NCBI GenBank assembly: GCA_964057225.1
Contig: OZ059895.1
Span: 7,750,001-7,814,000 of the forward strand
Direction of reading: 5' to 3'
Source: Auanema rhodensis
Taxonomy: Eukaryota > Animalia > Nematoda
Length of the DNA stretch: 64,000 nt
The translations under genes and the position numbers were made by a program. How positions within the stretch are numbered: the stretch's first letter is position 1; every line of letters starts with the position of its first letter. Under the pieces are notes generated by a model, which saw only the letters and a list, made by a program, of their open reading frames with translations, had not been told where the DNA came from and searched no databases. This document shows positions 1-64,000 of the stretch, piece after piece.

Positions 1-347
1 TATAAAGAAAGATGTTAAGTTTGACATTAGCAGAATACTAGCTGCTCAACGGCATGGATGATTTGTGTGTAGTGATAAACGAGCTAATCAATATCCATTG
101 GAAAAAGTAAACAGAGCAGCACGTTGACGTCCAAGCCGGAAGTCAAGCTTTTGAGTATTAGATGAGAACGTGAATGCAGGCAAGGATTGAAGGAAAAGAT
201 TCTGTGAGAGCGAAGATAAAACTCGAGACGAACACAAGCAGAAGGAGTGGGAGGAAGAGTAATGTTAAGTATACCTCCACAGATCCATAGAAAACGTTGT
301 GTGGTGACAGTTGAACATGAAACTCAATTTTTTCTGATTTGAGATAA

Positions 348-555
<208 letters not shown>

Positions 556-1295
556 CTCAACTAATTAATGTAATTGTGAATTACCAGGAAAGTAATGAAG
601 TGAATATCAAAATATAATGAGATATAAAATAAAATAAGTTTGAATATTAGATTGAATGTGATAACTATTACTAATAATTACGGTAATAGCGCTAATCATA
701 TCACTATTCTAGATTGTTCTGCTTACACATACAAAGATATTCCGATTGAGATAAAGATGGAAATGAATTAGAGGATGATGGAAGAAAAAAGACAACGAAG
801 ATGATGGTTTGTTGGGGCTGAAGACAAACAAATGGGCGGCATCTGAGACGTAGCATCGACGACTTCACAAGTATCTGAGCATTTGACGATCAAGTTCTTG
901 CCGTGCGTAGCAATGAAGAGCAAAATCAGATGACGACGACGAAAAAATAGCGGAAAAGTAGCAATTCCAATAGTATGAAGTAGGGACAATGGAATAGGAG
1001 AACTTATGGAAAAAAATTCAAAAAAATATGTTTTCTTTTCTTTTTTTGAGTATGTTAGATAAACAAATAGAATTTGAAATGCTGGAAGATAAAGATATAA
1101 TATTGAAAAGTCAATTTCATCTTGTTTAGCGAAAAGAAAAAAGTAAAGAGATAACACGATATAGTAGATCGTAGGTCAGAAATCTTAGTTACAACTTGAA
1201 AATGAAATTATAAAAGTTGTAAGAGAAATCAAATTACAGCTTGATGTATGAGAAAAGTACCAAATTGAACTGATAATGACCGTCTATCAACATAC

Positions 1296-52232
<50,937 letters not shown>

Positions 52233-53879
52233 TATCAGCACTTGAGTTTAGAAGTTATGCAACTAAATGAAGAACATGAATCTAATGAAGCTTACTATCC
52301 GATAGAATCATCATACCTTCTGATCCAAAGGTGATATAAATCTTCACACCGAGTATATGAGAGAATATTTATTATCGAATATGGATATTTGGTGGAGAAT
52401 GACTGGGAGGGGGGGTTCGAAATGCCTGATAGCTTCTGACGCCGGCCCGTCAGTAGCGCTAGGCACAGAATGAGGTTCAACATCCGAATTCTTACTCTCC
52501 ACCCTTCATCTATTTCACTTCTTTATCTGCGTAACGTAGTCTCGTCTCTTAAACTATTTCATCTCTTTCGAAAACTCTTCGTGTAACTCTCTCTTCTTCC
52601 ATAGATTTTATTCTCTTCTACCTTTTTTTTCTCTCACATCTCTTGTTTCTCCTCCAAATATCTCTTCTCTTTGCACTTCTATATTATCCGAATATCCAAT
52701 GATATTTCCAACATCTGATGAGAAAGTAAGAAGACAGACTCCACCTATATCGCTTGGCTTCATCACTATTGTCCAACTTCTCTCTATCTCCCTCGCTATG
52801 AACTCATCTCACCCACCCAGTTCTGTGCATAGAAAGAAATGTGATGTAATGTGCTTCTTTCTCTCCTACCCTCTCTAGTCTATACTGTTACACACGATCC
52901 ACCTCCCTTTCATATGCCGAGCTCAAGCATTTACCTCTAGTTCGAATTTCAACAACTCCATCTTACTCCATATTAATAATGCAATCAAGATTAGAAAAAA
53001 AAAACATATTTCTTATAAAAATATTCAGAATTCAAAAAGGAAGAGGCTTTCCTACTTCAATTATTAGTTTCTAAATCTCACTAAATGGTACACCATTTTA
53101 GAAAAACTTTTTTATAATTACATTTTATTCACCTTCCGCCGTTTTTTTTACACTAAAAACTATGATTTACACGGTTATCAAACTAAGCGGGAAGCAGCAG
53201 GTCAATACAATAGTAATAGATGACATCATGTCTCAATTCCAATAAATAGTTCCAACTATTTTACTGTAGTCTAAAGAAAACATATTGTTTTATTCTGGAC
53301 TGAGAGCATACTTCAAATCACTATCTACCATATGCCCATGTATCTAAACAGATGTTTAAAAAATCACCTAATAAAGAATACGTATGTCAAGAATCACATC
53401 ATTCATCATTATAGCCAACGGTTAATATTCTGATAAAAAGTCATAATATAAGACTAATGATGAGTCTTTCGAAATCATTTCCAATGAAGAATACAAACGT
53501 TTACATCAAGCTTAAATTTTAACTTTTGGAACTTGTATTAAATTATTTAATTACTTTATGTATATTTCATACATTAATTTCATTGTTATAATAATAAAAA
53601 TCTTATTTATATGCGTATTGTATTGTTTCCTCTTATTGAAAGTTTGAAGAAAAAAAATACCAACGTTTATTGGTCCTGGAGCGAAACCTCACTAAATATT
53701 GCACAACATTTGATAATCCAAGTAGTTTATAAGTTTTGGCTTCATGAATTTTGACTTAAATTCATTCTTATTTTCTTCTTTGAATTTCTTAATTCAACAT
53801 GTAAATTATTCTCTATATTTCTTCTCCATTGATTTTATTTATCAATAGTTTTCATAATATAAAAATGACGACATTTTAG
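52233..53879. promoter_or_regulatory. Divergent intergenic/promoter region between unc-89 and eif-6, ending in a trans-splice-type acceptor TTTTAG
   Basis: Head-to-head genes 1.65 kb apart; CT-rich tract at about 52500-52880; TTTTAG at 53874-53879, 4 nt before the eif-6 ATG. Confidence 0.6.
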
Positions 53880-53883
53880 CACT

Positions 53884-54899
53884 ATGGCTCTTCGTGTTGA
53901 TTATGAAGGAAGTAATGACGTAGGTGTTTTCTCTACGTTAACAAACAGTTATTGTCTTGTTGGAATCGGAGGAACTCAAAACTTTTACAGGTTAGCTTTC
54001 GAATAGGAAATTTAAAAATTTAGTGCTTTATTCAGTATTGTCGAAGCTGAACTTTCTGATGTTATTCCTGTTGTTCACACTTCTATTGCCTCTACCAGAA
54101 TAGTAGGACGTGTAACAGTTGGTATGCTTTGAGTAAAAAATTATTTATTTGCATATAAAATGTTTAGGTAACAGACATGGATTATTAGTTCCAAATGCAA
54201 CTACAGACCAGGAACTCCAACATCTTAGAAATTGCTTACCTGATGAGGTTGACTTGTTTTAATTTTTCTATTTAACGGAATGTATTTCAGGTTAAAGTTC
54301 GTAGAGTAGATGAACGTCTTTCAGCTCTCGGAAATGTGGTTGCCTGTAATGATCATGTTGCTATTGTACACGCAGAGATTTCTCAAGAAACTGAGCAGGC
54401 TATTGCTGACGTTTTAAATGTCGAAGTATTCAGAATAGGATTAGGTCAAAATAGTCTCGTATGTTTGATTTTCTTCCTAAGAAATATATTGTTCATGTTT
54501 AGGTTGGAACTTACTGTGCTCTTTCTTCCCATGGTTGTCTTGTTGCAGCTAGAACTCCTCCAGAGACACAGCGTGAATTGGCCGCACTTTTACAGGTATA
54601 GATCTTTAAATATATGAGGGATGCGTATGTAATATTGTTTTTTTTAAGATTCCTGTAGTTGCTGGTACTGTCAACAGAGGTTCCGAACTTATCGGAGCTG
54701 GAATGTGCGTAAACGATTGGACAGCTTTATGTGGTAAACAATTTATTTAACTTCCTAATTAATTTTTTGAATTGCAGGACTTGATACAACTTCTACCGAA
54801 TTATCAGTAGTTGAATCCATCTTCAAACTTGGAGAACAGGGACAGCCATCCACAATTAGCAATCAATTAAGAGACACTCTTATTGATAGTATGTTATAA
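53884..54899 (+). CDS. eif-6: Eukaryotic translation initiation factor 6
   Basis: [27 protein letters not shown]...GNRHGLLVP...[18 protein letters not shown]...[15 protein letters not shown]...[10 protein letters not shown]; 7 exons with GT-AG introns. Confidence 0.97.
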
Positions 54900-55237
54900 A
54901 CTGCATATTGATACTGTTGTTCTGTTGAATATTGTTACCTATCATTACGTTGTTTTCTTTCCAATTTTGAAAATTTGAAAATAAAAAATTTTTTTAAAGA
55001 ATACCTTGTCAGGATTAATACTTGAATTATATTGATTAGTTGAATCGTTTATCAGACACTAGAACGTAGTGTACTGATACATTCATATCGCATCAGTTCG
55101 CTCATTACTTGCGTATCGTCTCGACCAGTCTTTTTGTCCATCTTCATCCTCTTTGCCCTTTGTACCAAAAAAAGCCCTATAAAGGGAATAGAATTCTCTT
55201 TGGCTCTCACTCCTAAAACCTTTTACTTCTCTAAAGA

Positions 55238-56159
55238 ATGCCTTCTGATTTGGATGCTATTACTAAAGTTCTTTCCACCTATGCGGGAAGAGATAAAGCA
55301 TTAAGAACACTTTGTTTCTGGCTACACGTTAAAGCTCAATCGGGGGCTCAGCAAAAAGATCAGTTGATTGCTTTAGCCAAACAAATTAGTAATGCACGTT
55401 TGTGTATGAGGCAATTCAACCATCCAGGCATGTTCAAAGCTTGTCAGCAGTTACTTCAAGCCGATAAATCTACCGATGTAGTACGTTTTATTCATTTATG
55501 TAATTTTAAATTATAACCCATGTGATATTTTCAATTAGTAGGCCCAAATTGTTTTTCTGTTGCCATCGGAATGTTAGTCATTGTTTATTTGTAGGTTGAT
55601 TTTGCCTGTACCACAACGGTAACTGGAGTTTATACTGTTTATGGATTTGTAGAATTAGCAGCATGGTTAGCAGATGCTAAGCTTATCCAATTGAATAGTG
55701 CCCCATTATGGAAATGGTGCTTGTATCTTTGGGTAACTGCTCTTGTTGCTGGAGTTATTCGACTAGTAAGCGAAGATTTATTGTCTCTTACTCATCATTT
55801 TGAATCTATTCCAGATAAGATTAATTAATAAAAAAGTTGAAAAGGGTGTTATTAATACCGCAAAAGAAGATATTATATCTTTAGTGGGCTTGTCATCTGA
55901 TTTAATTTCTGCTATTAATTCCCTTCCTTTCAAGGTAATCATTTATATTAATGTTTAGTCACTATATTTTTTCAATCCACATAAAAGAATGATTCGTAGG
56001 AATGTTAAAGAATTCTAATTTCAATTCTTAACATATTTTCAATATCGTACTTTTTATGTTTTTTCTTTTCAGTTTTTGTGGGCGGGTAAGCTGACCCCTC
56101 GACAAAGCGCCACATTTTCTCTCATCGCTTCCTTCATTGGCCTCTACAAAGTTTGTTGA
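55238..56159 (+). CDS. prx-11: Peroxisomal biogenesis factor PEX11 family
   Basis: MPSDLDAITKVLSTYAGRDKALRTLCF...LAKQISNARLCMRQFNH (PEX11 N-terminal GRDK motif and amphipathic helix), hydrophobic C-terminal segments; 4 exons. Confidence 0.88.
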
Positions 56160-56951
56160 ATTGTTTCTATAGAGCGCAATCTTTAGATAAATTTGTTTTA
56201 TATTTTGCTATGCAATATACAATACCAATAATATCTATTGTAATTTTAAACATGTTTTTTGATCATCTCTGAGCTAGTCAAATCATACAGCATTTTCTTT
56301 TTTTTGTGTTATATCCATCATCTTTGCGTACTGTTCTACGATTTATTATATTAACTTATATATAATCAATTCTTCGATCATTATTTTATACTTTATAACT
56401 ATGATGTGATTATCGCGTATACAAAGATTATGTATTTTATCTTTGTAATAAATTGTCTTGAAAAAAAGTTTTGCTTCATTCATATCTTATGTTAATAACA
56501 CGTACCTCCTGACTTTTTACACAATTATACGTTTCTTTCGAATGTGACTAATATCGTCGTTTTCATAGTCGTTGCCGTTTTTTGACGATTATTTTTCTTA
56601 TTTCGGAAAAATGGAAGGAGAACAATAATACTATTGGTAATTCAAATTTTTTTAGCCCCCCTGTTTAATCATTTGTCTTTTTGGCTTGTCCACGTTTAGT
56701 TGATTCGTGCGTGGCTAATGTTTCATTTATTTTGTTTTCTATATCTCTATCCCGACTATGAAAGAGATTTTGAAATATAGAAACGAATTTTTGTTATCTT
56801 TTGGGATCATCTATCATTCGTCGAACATAAATTGTTATTTCTGTTTCTATTATCGTATGTTATTCTAAATTTGTCTGTAATATTTATCCAATCTGTCCTT
56901 CAAAAGTTGTTCTTCATTACATGCAGTTATATTTTATATTTTTTTCTCAGA

Positions 56952-58496
56952 ATGAAGGTCCTCGTGACAGGAGCTGCTGGTTTTATCGGTAGTCACACTG
57001 TTTTGGAATTAGTAAACGCTGGCCATGAAGTTCTATGCATTGACAACTTTTCCAATTCGATTGCAGGTATTAAAATGATTCAATACACATCTTGAGTTCT
57101 TATCTCTATTTTGTTACTATAGCTGAGAATGCAAACCCGGAGGTTTTTATTCCGTTTACTTATCTATTTCCGTTTTAAGATGATCAAGGAAACGCTGTAT
57201 CCTTATCCCGAGTTAGTGAGTTCACCGGCAAACCAATTCCTTTTATCAAATGTGATGTCTGTGATTTGGTAGAATTAGAACCAATTTTTGAGAAGGTTAG
57301 TATTTAACAACAATTGTGTGAATATACGTCTGACACAATTTCATTTTAAAATGTTACGGGCGGTTGCATTTACTTTTTTTTATAAACTCAATATAATTTA
57401 TAACTTGTACCATTTAGAATAAATTTGAATCTGTGATTCACTTGGCAGCTTTGAAAGCCGTCGGAGAATCAGTTGCCAAACCTCATGAGTATTACTCTAA
57501 TAACCTGGTTGCCAGTTTGAACCTAATTCAAGTATGTTTATAAAATATTTCCTTCTAAATATGATAACTTTATTTAGTTATGTAAGAAGTATAATGTAAA
57601 GAACTTTGTTTTCTCCAGTAGTGCGACTGTGTATGGTCCACCAAAGGAATTACCAATCACTGAGAATAGCCCAACTGGACAAGTATGATTTGCCTTCTAC
57701 GGATTAAAAATATTTTTAATCAGGGAATCACAAATCCTTATGGACAAACCAAGTATATGATGGAACAAATTTTGATCGATGTTGGACGCTCTGATCCTGT
57801 AAACCGATAATGATCTTTCATTTTTTTATTTTATATTCTTGTAGGAATGGAATATTGTATTGTTGAGATATTTCAACCCTGTGGGTGCTCATCAAAGTGG
57901 TATCATTGGGGAAGATCCCAAAGGTATTCCCAACAACTTAATGCCTTATGTGAGCCAGGTAGGTTATAACATCACTCTAACCTTAAAAATCATTGGTTGG
58001 CTAGGTTGCCATCGAAAAACTGCCTGTTCTAACTGTATATGGTGATAAATTTGATACTAAAGATGGAACTGGAGTTCGTGATTATATTCATGTTGTGGAT
58101 TTAGCTAAAGGCCATGTTAAGGCTCTAGAAAGAATTGAGAAAGAAGGTTCTTTTTTTATAAAACTATGATATTTCATTTATGTGGTTTAGGCAAAGTAGG
58201 AACTGAAATCTACAACCTGGGAACTGGAACAGGATACTCGGTTTTAGAAATGGTTGCTGCTCTTGAAAAAGCTAGTGGTCGAAAAGTTCCATATAAAGTA
58301 ATATTAAGAAAACTGCGTAGCTCATTTTAAAATTCAGGTTGGTGTACCAAGGCCAGGAGATGTTGCTTCTGTTTTTTGTGATCCAAGCAAAGCCCTTGAA
58401 AAATTGGGATGGAAGGCAGATCTTGGACTTGATGAAATGTGTCAAGACCTGTGGAACTGGCAAAGTAAAAATCCAAATGGATTTTCTCCAGCTTAA
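56952..58496 (+). CDS. gale-1: UDP-glucose/galactose 4-epimerase
   Basis: [15 protein letters not shown] (GxxGxxG), [27 protein letters not shown] (YxxxK), [30 protein letters not shown]. Confidence 0.97.
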
Positions 58497-58707
58497 GCTC
58501 TCACAATGCCATTCGAAAAACAACGAAATTGAAACTGTATAATATTCTAACAAAAGTATTTATTATTTAACCAGTATTTTGTATTTTGTATATTTATTCA
58601 TTTATAATGATGGTACAACCAACAAAGTGGATTCAAATCAGTGATTTATAAAATTTGAATTAGGGTTTAATATAATAGTTTGTATTATCAATGGGCTGCT
58701 TTATTTT

Positions 58708-58830
58708 AATAAAATTTTATATAGCTTTTAAATTTGAAGAAAAGTTTTGGTTCCATTCCTACCAATAAAGTTATATTAAACTTTTTGCTGAACTGGTAGT
58801 AAATAGCTTGAGTTATTGTTAGTTTACTAG
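58708..58830 (+). promoter_or_regulatory. Intercistronic region gale-1 to selb-1: AATAAA then acceptor-like TTTACTAG before the ATG
   Basis: AATAAA at 58708-58713 (a second near 58764); AG at 58829-58830; ATG at 58835. Confidence 0.55.
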
Positions 58831-58834
58831 TTTG

Positions 58835-61248
58835 ATGTCCCTTAATGTTGGAATATTGGGGCATGTTGATTGCGGTAAAACCACATTAACAAGAATTTTG
58901 GCTGAAGTTGCAAGTACTGCAGCTTTTGACAAACATGCTCTTCGAGGAGGTCGGCAGAATACGTTAGACTTGGGGTTAGTCTTGATTGGGTTGGGTTTAA
59001 GTACAAGATGCTTTTTTTAGTTTCTCATCTTTATTCGTGAATGAAAGGAGACTTGCACTCATTGACTGTCCGGGTCATTCTTCTCTGATTAAAGCCGTTT
59101 TAGCGGCTAGCTCAGTGTTGGATATGGCTATCATAGTAATATTCGAAAACATTTAGTAAAATATTCCTGAGGTTGTATAGGTAATAGATGCTTCAAATGG
59201 AATTCAGCCCCAAACAGCAGAGCATTTACTTTTATGCTCTATATTCTGTCGTGATCATATTCTCATTGTTTTAAATAAGATTGATTTAGTTGCTGAAGAA
59301 GAGGTAGAGTTGATTTGCGGTTTATATATGATTTTATGTTTTAGATTCAACCCATTATCAATCGTATACGTAAGAATATTAAACTTTTAGGAATGAATTC
59401 TCAGTGCATATTTGTTCCTATAACTCTTCAATGTCCTACAGCAGAGTCTCTAAACATCTTGATGACTGCTATCAAAGAAACTCTTTATGATCCACAACGT
59501 GAAAGTACTGGAAAGTGAGTCGTGTGTTTGGAGGGTGCATTCTTTATTTACCATTGCCTTCTAACCATGTTTTAGGTGATGCATGGCTAAAGAGGTTTTA
59601 AAATATTTTCCCACAGTTATATCTTGAAACGTTTCTGATTTTTATAAAGAGTGAATAGGCGTTATCATAAATACTCCTAATTTCAGCTTTGTTATGGCCG
59701 TTGATCACTGTTTTACAATCAAAGGAAAAGGAACAGTTTTAACAGGGACAGTTATCGATGGTTCAATTAGGTTAGTGCTCAGAGTTCTGAAAATTATGTA
59801 CTATTCACCAATCTTCACATTTTTGGTCTTCCTATTCGTGAGTTGCTTTCCTATACGGCCCGTATGTAATTACATTCGTTTTTCAATATCTTGTATTCCC
59901 ATTCAACTAAACTTAGTTCATTTCTCCCTGGAGACCTTTTGCTCAGATCTTAATTTTGTAACTATTTATACCAGGTGACGTATGTCATGTGGGTAGTTTC
60001 TTGAAAAATCAATTTATAAACGAATTGTATGGCAAATTTAGGTTGATTTTCTTTTTAGTCTAAACCAGGAGATTGAACTTCCACTACTAAAAGAAAAACG
60101 AAAAGTTAAAGGATTAGAGTCTTGGAAAACTCAAGTGGAGAAGGTTTTTTAAAATTGTATTTTCTCCCTATAAATTTTATTGAAGGCGAGTATTGGAGAG
60201 AGGGCTGCCGTACTAGTTCAGAATGTTGATTCCGAACGTTTTTCCCGAACAATGAGTAGGACTTTCTTGTTTCTTCTAAATTGTTAGTCCTTTAAGTTTG
60301 TGGGCCAGGCATATTAACAGAAATTCAATGCTGCTTGTGTAAAGTCAATCCAATCCCGTTCTACAGATCTCAAGTAGCTTCTGGTTTAATGAAGTTGAAC
60401 TCGAAGAGAAAAATATAAACTTTGTAGGCTCTAAATTCCATGTCTCAGCGGGTTTTGAAACAGTAATGGCTGAGTGCAGCTTCGTTAAACCAACCTCAAT
60501 ATCTGGTAAGAGCTAGTTTCATTTATAAGTATCTTCTTTACTTGAAGAAGAGTATGAGAATATTCCTTATATGGAGTCCGATTGTTCGGTTATACTGCAA
60601 TTTGACCAGCCTATATATGCTCGATTGGGTACTTTTTATATAGCTTCAAAATTGGAGCATCAAGGTAAATATTAGAATGATAAATAATAATGCATATTCT
60701 ACACTAGGAAAAGGATGCCGTTTCGCATTCTATGGTAAGCTGGATAATATACGGGATATTTCAACGATCAAAAGATTTGTGCGAAAAACGAAGCAAGGCA
60801 AAGTGGAAAGGTTAGTTCAAGCTTACTCGACCTTACTGACGAGATTGTTGCTATTGTTTTTCAAACGGAACAAGCTGTTGTTACTTTTAAACATCATTAT
60901 ACACCCACAATCAAGCTGTACAATGCTTGCTAAAATGGAACCAGGAATTGAAATGTTTTTTCCTTTTATTGCAGAATTGAAAACAATCAAAGCCTGATAT
61001 GCCACTCGTTATTTAAAAAAGAGACCAAGTTCAGCCTGTTTGAAGGTATGAGTGTTATCTTATCAACTGGAGAGCAAGGCCAGATAGACAGTAGTTTCGG
61101 AAAATCAGGAAAAACTAGAATCTCTTTCAAAAAGCCTTTAGCTGAATCAACAATTGAAGCTTTGAATAATGCTCGAAATTCAGTTGACGTAACTTTATAT
61201 TTGAAAAAATATATGAATGATAAATCTTTACAATCATATATTCCATAA
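58835..61248 (+). CDS. selb-1: Selenocysteine-specific elongation factor eEFSec
   Basis: NVGILGHVDCGKT, STAAFDKH, TLDLGFS, IDCPGHSSLI, QTAEHL, LNKIDL, MAVDHCFTIKGKGTVLTGT, CRFAFYG, GQIDSSFGKSGK; reading frame intact across 11 exons. Confidence 0.94.
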
Positions 61249-61362
61249 CAGCAATGACTGGACTAGATTTATTACAATCACATATTAGATGAATCTTTAT
61301 ATTACGGGTCGGTTATTTAACTAAAGAGTTTTCTTTTGTATTTACTATTGTTTAAAGATTTT

Positions 61363-61460
61363 AATAAATATTTATTTTATAAGTTCTCTTCTTTTGAATT
61401 AAGTATTTTTGCTTTGTATATTTAAAAGGTGCTACGAACAATGTTTGAATGAGTTTTCAG
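61363..61460 (+). promoter_or_regulatory. Intercistronic region: AATAAA followed about 90 nt later by TTTTCAG trans-splice acceptor (SL2-operon-like spacing)
   Basis: AATAAA at 61363-61368, U-rich spacer, TTTTCAG ending at 61460, ATG at 61463. Confidence 0.7.
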
Positions 61461-61462
61461 AT

Positions 61463-63519
61463 ATGCTATGCAAAATAATCCGATTGTTTCCCGTGTTACC
61501 TTTACGTCAGTTCAGTGCTAGTCCTATACTTTTAGCAAGAAATGAATATGATGATGATGGCTTACCAAAAGACTATAAGTTAAAAAAATTGAGAGCCGGA
61601 AGTCGCCGTCTAGATACTTTTGTGAATCGAGCCACCGGAAAAAGTAGTTCGTAAGTCTTTTCGATTAGAACAAAACTATTGTTATTTTGCACAAACATAA
61701 CAGCGTTATAGTTTTTAGTACATAGAACATGCATAAGCTATTGTAGAAAATATATCGCCTAGTAATGATTCTTGTAATTATTTGCAAGACTTGGGGCTAT
61801 GTACAACAAGTGGATATACGAGGTGACTTAATTTTAAAGTATTCAACATCGTGAGCGGTTGCATTAACCATGATTGATAGAAAATACTTTCAATTTATTG
61901 TAATTAATTGTGAAATAACGATGAAAAGTTGTCATATTCTTCATATTTCTTCATTACAATAGTTCTGAACTATGTTAATATGGCTCTGCTCTCTTCATGG
62001 GAAACTTACTCAGTTTACTTTCATTAAATTCGTTATTGCCAAACTATATGATAAGATTAGCTTAATTTATGAGGATGTGCCGATCTTCGAACAACTTTAT
62101 GTGGTGATTTGTGATGCATGAAAATGACTCTTCATCTCATCGAGTCATCAGAATTGTCAACAGTATTTCTTGATGGAGGGTTAAATGGCGCCAAATATCC
62201 ATATTCCCTCACCACCCGTTATTTCTAATAAGATATATAGATGACATAACATGAGAACGTTCGTTAGTAACAGAAACAATACTAGTTGATGAGTGAATTC
62301 CAAATAATAGTCATAGCAGCACCATAAGTAAACGAAACGCTTTACTTCTACTGGTCAACTGAGAAGATGAGTTAGTAGTGTTGAAATAGAAGTAGATTTT
62401 AGAATGCGCTTTAACAGAATATTACGCCTAAAGGATGAAAAACAAAAAATATCCAATTATTTGATCAATCTCTGTTAAAAAAAAACAAATTCTTTCAGGC
62501 AAGTCGAAAAATTGGTCACTGGTGGTCGAGTACGCTTGAACGACGATGTCTGCACTAAGAAATCATACAACGTTAGATTCTTTAATTTTATTTTTAATTT
62601 CGTCTTCTCCTAAAAAATCACCTGATTCGACACAAAAATTGCAATATATGTGATTACTTTACAAGTTCTTGGATGCCGTCGTATGCTTTGCTATTTTCTT
62701 TTCCCCTTTGCTTACTCAGATGACGTTATTGATATTGAAAATTCATAGTCAAGCTTCTCAGTAAGGTTTTCTAGTTAACCTCATTAGTTTGACCTCGTTC
62801 TATCTAATGAGCATCATATTCATCTGTAAAGGCGCGGTTGGTGATCAAATTACTGACCAAATCGAACTACCGTGAAGAAGAACATTGTATTTACATTATC
62901 TCTTCAGTTATTTAAAAAAGTAGAAGTTGACTGTTGAATGATGTTTTGCATTTGGGAACTCAATATTCACCCACATTAAGTTATTTTTAAATCAAGTAGA
63001 GAGGAAGCGAGATCTGGTGTTAGAACTCAAAGGATAAGCAAATCCGTTCACAATTATATTACGAGGGAGGGGTAACAACTTAGCTAGAAACAATACAATC
63101 TAAAAATCAATGGCAAATTATTGGAAAAGGAAAAGTAGCTGGTTTGTGAATTTTTTAGGAAGTCAGCTTTTTAGTTTTTTGTCGGCTTCTGTGTAAACAT
63201 TTCCCACTGTTTATGAAAACAGCAAACTTTTTTATGAGAATAATGTTCTGATTTTTGCTAATTATATCGGAGATGTTTAATGCTCTTTGAATCATTTAGG
63301 TTCAACGTGAGGACGTCATCGACGTTTGGGCAGGCCCGTTCCCAGAAAACAAAGAATTAGCAGAAGTTGAAAGAACTGAGGTTGTCTTATAAGGTTAGAC
63401 TTGGAGTTTAATCATTTTCTAATCAGATTGTGGATTATGATATAACAGATAAAGGATATGAATATACCGTTAAATCATGGAAGAAATTTGTGGTTCCGAA
63501 CTGGCGCGGTGGATCTTAG
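61463..63519 (+). CDS. MTRES1/C6orf203-like mitochondrial S4-domain RNA-binding protein (4 exons: 61463-61650, 62499-62571, 63300-63380, 63427-63519)
   Basis: Basic presequence-like N-terminus MLCKIIRLFPVLPLRQFSAS; S4-like SRRLDTFVNRATGKSSSQVEKLVTGGRVRLNDDVCTKKSYNVQREDVIDV. Confidence 0.8.
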
Positions 63520-64000
63520 GACATATACAATTAGCACTTTACAATTATATTACTTAGATTTAGATTTTTTTATATTTTTCTTTTATTTTTTTGTTTTTCT
63601 GTTTTGCTGCGTTTATATGTTAATGAAAACTGACAACGCATCGTTGTAGTTAAACTAGTGATGGCATAGCTCCGCAAATTTCAACATTAGAGCTAATGGG
63701 AGGTCGAAGGTCTGCCTTCTGAAGCAATCGTAGCTTATCCTTTGTTTTTCGTCGTTGAAGCTCACTAACCAACTATAGAAGCTATTCTGAATACGCAAAT
63801 GGATGGTGAAACATAGATAAAGAGAGCGCTGGTGGGCTCATTAGCTATAACCGTATTTCTCATTTAGTTATTTGTCTCATGCCATCCTTATCTTCCTAAT
63901 TTTTCAAATTATTTGAAAAGGCCATCTTTACTTATATCCTTTTTCGAAGTATATAAATTAAAAAAGAGGTAACTTCCCTTCAGTTACAGCCTAGGCCTAG

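Noticed and set aside
57128-57370. Partial complementarity AATGCAAACCCG / CGGGCGGTTGCATT flanking gale-1 exon 2, and GCGGTTGCATT shared with ~61855
   Set aside because: Pairing is short and interrupted, not distinguishable from chance by eye.
60240-60300. Apparent non-canonical GA donor in selb-1
   Set aside because: Resolved as canonical ATG A|GTAGGA, which keeps the frame.
60811-60975. H/ACA snoRNA in a selb-1 intron
   Set aside because: Only one weak stem and an ACA; no clear two-hairpin/H-box layout.
63985-64000. GCCTAGGCCTAG as telomere-like or DNA-elimination motif
   Set aside because: Not a TTAGGC array, too short, and cut by the window edge.

Overview
Eukaryotic, AT-rich nematode genomic DNA, probably a clade V rhabditid and clearly not C. 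elegans itself, with short GT-AG introns of about 45-60 nt. Most of the window (<1-52232, minus strand) is the giant muscle M-line gene unc-89/obscurin: SH3-DH-PH, a long Ig array, Fn3, Ig-Ig, pseudokinase PK1 and the start of the interkinase linker. The last Ig/Fn3/PK2 part lies beyond the left edge. Reading splice phases gives several in-frame alternative first exons, an alternative terminal exon and symmetric cassette exons flanked by UGCAUG elements. The locus also holds a recent near-identical Ig triplication, an antisense nested two-domain C-type lectin gene, and a ~5.7 kb intronic satellite whose periods (10/70/130 bp) are multiples of the helical turn (PATC-like). Divergently on the plus strand (53884-63519) is an operon-like cluster of five genes: eif-6, prx-11 (PEX11), gale-1, selb-1 (eEFSec) and an MTRES1/C6orf203-like S4 protein. 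No tRNA, rRNA, CRISPR array, telomeric array or transposase was recognised. Comparisons with C. elegans are from recall and need alignment to confirm.
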